In this document: in pieces, positions 55,401 to 64,000 of the stretch
Layout: the number at the start of each line of letters is the position of its first letter
Numbering within the stretch: the first letter of the stretch is position 1
Assembly (NCBI GenBank): GCA_002269645.1
Contig: NIVC01001519.1
Coordinates: 62,001 to 126,000, forward strand
Source: Macrostomum lignano
Taxonomy: Eukaryota
Length of the DNA: 64,000 nucleotides
Reading direction: 5' to 3'
Translations under genes and position numbers: made by a program
The notes under the pieces: model-generated
Databases searched by the model: none
What the model was told of the DNA's origin: nothing
The model's input: the letters and a program-made list of their open reading frames with translations, nothing else

Positions 55401-58211
55401 ATTACTTTAAACCATTTTGCAAACGTTTCAGGTTATTATTATTACATAATAATTATTTGCAATTTAGTATTAAATTTTTTATATATTTCATTCAGCTCCT
55501 CCAGGGGGAGGCTAGTGCTAGTCCAATATACTAAAAATTAAATTTTTACCTAAAGCTCCTGTAAGCAATATCAGGTTTTCTTCATGGATTGGCCAGAGCC
55601 ACAGGGCTGGATGGATCGCCTGCGCGTGCAAGTGGCTGCTGCTAGCCGGTCTAGTGACCGCGACGGAAATCTCGCAGCCCATTCTCACTTCCGTTGCTGG
55701 CTGGGCGAGACTATTCGGCTCGGAGTAGGTGCTCATGTAATAGAACGTCGTCACTGAACTATCAATGTAGATCTGAGGAGCGGTGTTGTGTTAGGAAAAC
55801 GCTCGCATGGATCATTATCTATTGTATACTGTGTGACAGTAGATACACTCAGTTGTGTTGTAAGCTATATAAAAACTAACATTCGACTAGTAGCGGAGAC
55901 TGTAATACACTACCATTGTTGTGGGTATCTTCTCTTAATCTTCTGCCTAAAAGGTAGATTACTATGCTTAGCAAACGTTTCTTCAGTAATTGTACTTAAT
56001 TTTATACGTGCGTCATTATTCTGTTTCTAATGCAAGTAATGCTAATTTTATTTATACACTCGAAGGTCAATTTAAATTTAACTATAGTGTAGTTTTATTG
56101 ATTGCTCATCAAGTCTCTGCTCAACTACAAAACTTGGACTAATACTGCTCAACACCCTCACCCTAATGATTCCCGTCGACCTCTCCCAGGTGAAGCCGAG
56201 CAAGCGCCAGAATCCGCATTTGCGTTGGAATTCGTCCACGCAAGAATGCCAGCGGCCTTTGGCTCCGATAACTGTCAGGCACAGCTTGCCAACGTCTGTG
56301 TAGAACTGAAAGCCCTGACTGTGGCTGGTGCCTAAAAGGGGTTTTTTCAAATCACTGTATGGCATTTCTAGGTTTACGATGCTCTGAAACTAAGGAGATC
56401 CATTTACCTTAAACTAAGGAGAAACCTTTTTATTTAAAACAGAAACATTATTACGATTCAGTTTTTGTTTTAACCGACATGTATTAATCATTCCTCATCT
56501 TCTTAAATTGAACATACGCTCGTAGAATTTAAGACTCATGCATGTACGTTAGGAACTTTGACTACTAGAGTCCGGAAACAGGCAAGAAAGTACTTTATGC
56601 TCCCTATAAGAGAATATTTTATTTCTTTCGTATGTAACGGCGATTTGGACAATCATGTGGCCAAAAAAATCTGTAAGGAAAAATGACACCCCTGGTTTGA
56701 TTCCGTGAGCAGCAGTCGTGGCTGTCGTGCAATTCACAGCCAACAAGGGCCAACCCCAAGGCACAGAGAGTGTACATGCCAGACGATAAGAAAGCCAGGG
56801 CCGTTGTACACCCTGTGTGAGTGAGTGTTTGAGTGCAGTGCCTGCGTACAGTATTGGCGCGCTTGTGTGAGCTCAGGAGCCAGTGGGATGGGCAGAATCA
56901 GCTCAGCGCTGGTTTCTGTGCCAGGGTGCGCCAAGCTCTCCTGTAAATATTATTATTTTTAACAGGCCAGAGTTTTAAATAATTTTGCTCGCCGAAGGCG
57001 TTGCGCCAGGGTGCGTAAAAGAAGGAAACTCACTGGTAGCCAGCAGGACCTCCTTAGCGTAGTTCTCCAGGGTGAAATTGACCCACACCGATGCACTGAG
57101 GCCGTAGTCGCACATCTCCGGTTGTTGAAAGCACAGCCGTCCGTAGGGTGCATCGTTGGCCAGACTGCCGAGTAGCAGGCAAGTGTCTGCCGAGCCGGCG
57201 AACATCACCGACGTGGTGTCCTCGGCGTCTAGACCGGGGCCCAGGCCGACAGTGTCCGGCAAGAGCCCGTTCAGAGCGTTGGTGATGTTCGACCAAGTCG
57301 AATTGTAGCCGGGAACATTGTCCAGCAGATCCTCGTCGCGACAGGCCACGCAGCAGGAGGGGTCGGGCGACTGGCTGGGATTCGCCGCTCGGCTGTCATT
57401 GCAGGCCTGTCTAAAGTAGTCCCGACGTTGATTGACCTGCGCCCTAACGAAGGTGTTGTGAGCGCCGAGATCGCGCAGAGTGAGATCGGCGTTGAACTGC
57501 CAGTAGTGATTGCAGGTTGCCCAGTAGTTGATGCCTGTTCGTGAGGTGGTTGGGGTGGCTTTAATTGGGATTTAGGTGAGATGACAATGCGTTTAACTCC
57601 CTACTCGCTCAGGGGGACCATACTCAGGGGGACTCAGGGGGGGAGCTGCGAGCAATTGCAGGTTAAGCTGAGTTGATTACGGTTAGTGCTCAGCCGAATA
57701 CTCTCGTAGTCGGCTTGCGTCACTCCAAACTTAGCCGATTTTAAAGGGCGCCGATTTAAACAGAGGCGCCGAATAGGATATGGCGCCGATTTATATGTCG
57801 CGCCGAGTTGGATGTGGCGCCGATTTGTATGTGGCGCCAATTTACATGTGGCGCCGATCTATATGCAGCGCCGATTTATTTGTGGCGCCGATTTATTTGT
57901 GCCGCTGGTTTGGATGTGGCGCCATTTAGGATTTGGCGCTGATTTTGATCTGGCGCCGATTTCAATAGGGGCGTCCAATTTTAGTAGTCCAAGCTTAACC
58001 TAAGCTAGCATAGTCTCGAATAGTAGTGTTGGAGTTCTTCTACTGATAAGTAGAACGTATAGAGTTTTAAAAAAATGCTTACGGAAACGATTTTCAACAA
58101 CAGGTGGATAGATGCGAGGCGGGATGTATGGTGTTGTTACTATAGGCTGTTGAGTTGTAGTAATAGGTGTCGTAGTAGTGACTGTTGTAGTAGTCGTATT
58201 GGTGGTAGTCT
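49460..58211 (-). CDS. Adhesion GPCR (ADGRD/GPR133-like) with multiple LamG/pentraxin-like domains, GAIN/GPS and 7TM; exons 58211-58083, 57534-57034, 56331-56162, 55772-55550, 55116-49460; first exon(s) not resolved
   Basis: GPS CVFWD...WSTEGC...TCSCNHLTSFAVLM; secretin-type 7TM (SLLCL, FCKAVS, GYGPQCWL, WSFLGP, NACQGFF); repeated C-x-C-G(I/F)T.S.W...W.N.G...LY.NG modules; Thr-rich exon. Junction phases (1, 1, 0, 1) are compatible. Confidence 0.88.
56683..56958 (+). mobile_element. tRNA-head SINE-like family B copy (intronic, antisense to the aGPCR)
   Basis: Colinear with 30989-31345; ends CCTGTAAATATTATTATT. Confidence 0.7.
57690..57965. repeat. Degenerate ~20-bp tandem array with a GGCGCCGATTT core
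   Basis: More than 10 GGCGCC(G/A)ATTT motifs spaced about 20 bp apart. Confidence 0.8.
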
Positions 58212-58829
58212 CTAAAAATTGGCAATCCAGAACCGAAGCAAAAAGGTGGGGAGCTGGTGTGAGCTATTGAACTTAATTTAATTCAATGGGTTTTGTTTAT
58301 AATTCGCATAAAATTGCACATTATTAACAAACCGGATGCTCCGATAAAGCATGGAAAATAAACATTTTATCACGCAAAACATCGGGGGACATGCATACAG
58401 TAGAGTTCTCCACGTACTTGTACAGGGCGAGCCTTACAAATTATAATTTCTTATAAATTTACTAACAATCCCACTATTAACAAGGCCTTATACTGAACTA
58501 TTAGATGATGAAAGAGATGATTTTAACTGAGATTGAAGCGAAGTGTGAACTGATTCAGTGAGAATTGAGTGATTTTTAAAAAAAATTGTCCATGACGAAT
58601 TTGCTGTCACTTCTGGAGCGCCGGACCTGCAATCATAAACGGGTTGCTATGGTCGATGCCGTTTCTTAAAATATTCAATCAGTAATTATATTTTTTCAAT
58701 GTTTCAGGATGTAAAACGGAGTGCAACTTAACTGAATCCGATGCTAAATCTGTGTCGAACCAGTCCGAGTCAATGGTCTGAAAATCGATAAAAATTCTAA
58801 GGGTCAGGTTCTTCAGATAGGGGATCTGG

Positions 58830-59385
58830 CTCTTGGGATGGGGTGTCAGGCTCTCAGGATGGGGGGTCAGGTTCTCAGGATGGGAGGTCAGGCTCTCAGG
58901 ATGGGGGGTCAGGCTCTCAGAATGGGAAGTCAGGTTCTCAGGATGGGGGGTCAGGCTCTCAGAATGGGAAGTCAGGTTCTCAGGATGGGAGGTCAGGCTC
59001 TCAGGATGGGGGGTCAGGCTCTCAGAATGGGAAGTCAGGTTCTCAGGATGGGAGGTCAGGCTCTCAGGATGGGGGGTCAGGCTCTCAGAATGGGAAGTCA
59101 GGTTCTCAGGATGGGGGGTCAGGCTCTCAGGATGGTGGGTCAGGCTCTCAGGATGGGGGGTCAGGCTCTCAGAATGGGAAGTCAGGTTCTCAGGATGGGG
59201 GGTCAGGCTCTCAGGATGGGGGGTCAGGCTCTCAGAATGGGAAGTCAGGTTCTCAGGATGGGAGGTCAGGCTCTCAGGATGGGGGTCAGGTTCTCATCAA
59301 GGGGGGTCAGGTTCTCAAGATGGGGGTCAGGTTCTCAAGATGGGGGTCAGGTTCTTATGATGGGGGTCAGGTGCTCATGAAGGGT
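58830..59385. repeat. 21-bp minisatellite
   Basis: (GGGGGTCAGGCTCTCAGGATG)n variants. Confidence 0.95.
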
Positions 59386-59794
59386 CGGATCGCAATTCTG
59401 ATCACAAACGAATTGCATGCAGTAGTTTTGTACATGTGCATGTAAAAAGTGGCAAAGAAGTTTCGAAAATTGCAATACTCACAGCCAGTTACGCTGGTGA
59501 CGGCAGAGACAGCCCACTGTAAGACGGAATGGCATTGTTGGTTCTTCTCCCTTGAGTCTTATAGTCCCTTGTAATTCTCAACCCACCTGTCGCGGGTGAT
59601 TAAAAATTCAGTCAGGTGATTCAGGAAGAGAAGATGATGAGGCGGGAAATTTCCGCATGGCTGCAGGGGGAGCGGCGCGCAAGGCGGGGGGGAGGGGCCA
59701 AGGCCTGTTCCGATCAGGGACTTCTAAGAGAATGTGGACTGGAATTATAATCGCTAAAGTTCTCAGTGAAAGCTATATCAGTTAAAGCTAGCTA

Positions 59795-60580
59795 ACTGGG
59801 AGCGCCAAACTGAGGGCGCCAAACTGGGGGCGCAAAACTGGGGACGCCAAACTGGGGGTGCCAAACTGGGGGCGCCAAACTAGGGCACTGAAGGCGCCAC
59901 ACTTGTGGCACTGGGGGCGCCAAACTGGGGGCGCCAAACTGAGGGCGCCAAACTGGGGTCGCCAAACTGGGGTCGCCAAACTGGGGGCGCCAAACTGGGG
60001 GCGCAGAACTAGGGCACTGGAGGCGCCACACTTGTGGCACTGGGGGCGCCAAACTGGGGCACCAAACTGGGGGCGCCAAACTGAGGGCGCCAAACTGGGG
60101 GCGCCAAACTGGGGGCGCCAAACTGGGGGCACAAAACTGGGGTCGCCAAACTGGGGGCGCAGAACTAGGGCACTGGAGGTGCCACACATGTGGCACTGGG
60201 GGCGCCAAACTGGGGGCGCCAAACTGGGGGCGCAAAACTGGGGACGCCAAACTGGGGTCGCCAAACTGGGGGGCGCAGAACTAGGGCACTGGAGGTGCCA
60301 CACATGTGGCACTGGGGGCGCCAAACTGGGGGCGCAGAACTAGGGCACTGGAGGCGCCACACATGTGGCACTGGGGGCGCCAAACTGGGGGCGCCAAACT
60401 TGGGTCGCCAAACTGGGGGCGCCAAACTTGGGTCGCCAAACTGGGGGCGCCAAACTTGGGTCGCCAAACTGGGGGCGCCAAACTTGGGTCGCCAAACTGG
60501 GGGCGCCAAACTAGGGGCGCAGAACTAGGGCACTGGAGGCGCCAAACTAGGGGCGCCACACATGTGGCACTGGGGGCGCC
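59795..60580. repeat. Composite 15-bp minisatellite
   Basis: (GGGGCGCCAAACTGG)n interspersed with GCAGAACTAGGGCACTGGAGGCGCCACACATGTGGCACTGG. Confidence 0.95.
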
Positions 60581-61721
60581 ACCTACAAGCCAACAGAACC
60601 GATAACAAAGAGTTTTTGAAACTCGTTTTTAAAAAGTTCAGTCCAAAATGTTTTTCAATTTTAACTACATCTATTTTCTTTTTTTATTTGGAAAAGTTTT
60701 GCTTCCAATCCATAAGTCAACTGTATAGCCTTTTTTAGCGGTCCATGAGTGGAAGGAAGGAAGGAAGGAAAACAATTGAGGTGGATCACGAGAGCGGATG
60801 GGGGCAGTTGCCCTCCCCCCCCACCTCCCTATGCAAAGCTCCCAGACCCACGAAACAATGAAAATTCTGCTGTAGCGAGTCAAGGAGCTTCGGTAGTTAT
60901 AGGTAGTATCTGGAATGGCTGTGCAGCCTGATGCTTATAAACTTTATCTAAATCTAAGTTTAGATTTAAATCTAACGTAATTAGCCGGACTTTTTAACAA
61001 TAAAACTGGCAGTTGGAAAACTTGTTTTGCCCCAAAGACCACATATGAAGAGGGGAGAGAGGAGAGAAGAGAGGAGAGCAGAGAGAAGAGAGAGAGAGGA
61101 GACGAGTTGATAAGTAGGGGGGAGAGAATAGACACCAACCGAATGGGCCGAATAGAGGTTTCGTAGTTCGAAAATTAATCAAATAAAAACTGCAGTCAGC
61201 CTCACAATGTATACCGCTGAAACAGACAATTTAAAGAGGAGTTGCAGCAGCGCTACTGCAGACTCTTATCTGCTGGTCTCCATGGACAAAGTCTACAAGC
61301 AGTGTTGCCACCGTTGCCATGATCAACAATGCCATGATGCAGCAGCAGAAGCCACTCTCAGCCGCCTCGTCAACTTTTTTCCAATCGATATTCCCCCACC
61401 CCCCTCCCAAAGCAGACTCATTCAAGCGCAACAAACGACAGCCTCCGCCATCAGCTTCCCGCATTGTTTATTGCAACAATAGCCCTCCCCCAGCCCCAGC
61501 CCCATCCCTGCACAGTTGAGGGGGAAGTCAGCCAAGGGGCTTTATTGATTAGGCGATGCTGTAGAGAGCTCTGAGTTCATATGTGTCCATAAAGTCTGCT
61601 ACGGTCGACTCAAGCTATGAAGCTGTGATGTTAATTTGAGTTGAGCAGGCGGACAGGTTGCTGAGGAGTGCCACCGACAGAGCTGTCGGCTTCTACTGCT
61701 TTCATTTTCTCATTTGGAAGG

Positions 61722-61772
61722 CTAAGACAGACAGACACTAAGACAGAGAGACAGACAGACAGACACTAAGAC

Positions 61773-61805
<33 letters not shown>

Positions 61806-61992
61806 GGCAGACAGACAGAAACTAAGACAGACAGACAGACAGACAGACAGACAGGCAGATAGAAAGGATGGCAGACAGACAGACAGACAGAAAGACAGAC
61901 AGGCAGACACTAAGACAGACAGACAGACAGACAGACAGACACTAAGACAGAGAGACAGACAGACAGACAGACAGGCAGACAGACAGAAACTA

Positions 61993-62029
<37 letters not shown>

Positions 62030-62116
62030 GGCAGATAGAAAGGATGGCAGACAGACAGACAGACAGAAAGACAGACAGGCAGACACTAAGACAGACAGAC
62101 AGACAGACACTAAGAC

Positions 62117-62153
<37 letters not shown>

Positions 62154-62772
62154 GGCAGACAGACAGAAACTAAGACAGACAGACAGACAGAAAGACAGAC
62201 AGGCAGACACTAAGACAGACAGACAGACAGACAGACAGGCAGACAGACAGACAGACACTGAGACAGACAGACAGACAGACAGACAGGCAGACAGACAGAC
62301 AGACACTGAGACAGACAGACAGACAGACAGACAGGCAGACAGACAGACAGACAGACAGACAGACAGGCAGACAGACAGACAGACACTGAGACAGACAGAC
62401 AGACAGACAGACAGACAGGCAGACAGACAGACAGACACTGAGACAGACAGACAGACAGACAGACAGGCAGACAGACAGACAGACACTGAGACAGACAGAC
62501 AGACAGACAGACAGGCAGACAGACAGACAGACACTGAGACAGACAGACAGACAGACAGACAGGCAGACAGACAGACAGACAGACAGACAGGCAGACAGAC
62601 AGACAGACACTGAGACAGACAGACAGACAGACAGACAGGCAGACAGACAGACAGACACTGAGACAGACAGACAGACAGACAGACAGGCAGACAGACAGAC
62701 AGACACTGAGACAGACAGACAGACAGACAGACAGGCAGACAGACAGACAGACACTGAGACAGAAAGACAGAA
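61722..62772. repeat. (GACA)n microsatellite with higher-order variants
   Basis: ~1 kb of GACA with periodic GGCA and CACTGA/CACTAA variants. Confidence 0.98.
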
Positions 62773-64000
62773 AAAGACTTCTCCATAATCGATATTTAAA
62801 TAATCGTTACAGTCGCAAATACAAATTATGTTAAAACGGATGCACTCAGCACAAATACAAACAGTCTCTATGCACTATTTATATATTTCTGGCTAAATAA
62901 AAAAAAAATTTGGAAGTTTTGCAATATAAAAACTGTTTGCGAGCTTGTAAAACATGTTCAATGATAAATTTAACAACTTGGTTGTTGATAATCACTTGAT
63001 TAAACTGATAATTCAGTGGCTGGAATAAATTTCGCAAGGCCTGGAATATTAGTATTACAGAAGCCTATAGGCATTACAGATGCCTGCGGGTGAATAAGCT
63101 TTTGTACAAAAAGCGGATGGCTGAGTATGCCATTGGAAATGCTGTACATGTACAAAAACAACAATTATAGAATATTTTTGACACAGAATAAACTAATTTC
63201 GGACACTTAAGTAGAGCTTTGTTATCAGAATCAGAAGCTACAGGAATTAATAAGGCGCGTACAGCAGAACAAGTTAAAATCAATGATTCAATAACAGGTG
63301 AAAAACAAACAATACTCGTAAAGCGAATCGCCTAATTCTACTTATAGCGTCTTAAGTATACTCAAGACCTTTCTGCCTTAGTGCCAGTAAATGCCATACA
63401 CACACACATTAACGTGTAACGCTTAAAGTTGATACGACGAGATTTCTATGGCCAAAAATCTATTAGGTGCCCGGAAATATCTGAAAGTTATTTATAGAAA
63501 TTTGTCTATGGTAGTTTGGGCGGGGTGCTCTCTCCCAGCCCCCCTCACACCAGCGTCCATCATTCTTATGACTAGCCAATCCTAGCTTATCTTTTATAGT
63601 CTATGGCTCATAGACTAGGCTGCACGCAGCCAGGCCCTTCGCAGTCAGCGTAGGCAGGATTCTCATTTTGGATGGCTTTATTCTCAGTTAGGCTGACAAA
63701 ACCAATACTATAATATACCAACACAGTCACACAGTTACAACTGGTCTGTACAGGATACTGTACTGTCCTGTAACCGTAACTGAACGCCGTTCAATCTGCA
63801 AGTCCATTGAAAGCACAGAAAATATTTATAGTTATAAGCTGCTGTTTAATTCTCAGTGGCTGGGTTGCCGAATTCGAATTTCGATAATAATTTTACACAC
63901 GAGTAAAATCAGTTCCTGGTACAAAACTATGAAGTAAAAACTCAAGTTTTAGAAACACCACAGATAGCAGAATAGCTAGATATGTGACTCGAAAAAGCGC

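Overview
This is eukaryotic (animal) genomic DNA, not prokaryotic. It has GC-rich spliced exons with GT-AG introns, AT-rich spacers and many minisatellites; the style resembles a free-living flatworm such as Macrostomum, but that is inference only. On the + strand lie the last exon of a Polycomb EED/ESC gene, a complete 3-exon SEC22B, an 8-exon AAK1/BMP2K (NAK) kinase, an intronless class A peptide-type GPCR, a secreted (SDYSGGR)x10 repeat protein, and a 5-exon gene joining about 18-20 ankyrin repeats to a catalytically intact caspase domain. On the - strand lie a divergent Cys-loop ion-channel subunit and a very large adhesion GPCR with about 6 LamG/pentraxin-like modules. Mobile DNA includes a full-length Ty3/Gypsy element nested in a solo LTR nested in a minisatellite, a hAT/P-type MITE, two SINE families (one CORE-like) and transposon remnants. 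The most unusual signals are the ankyrin-caspase fusion, four dispersed degenerate copies of the 28S rRNA helix 68-71 (R2/I-PpoI target) region, and the putative amidated-peptide precursor near an atypical GPCR. All exon structures were deduced by hand from splice signals and frame continuity; none is transcript-confirmed.
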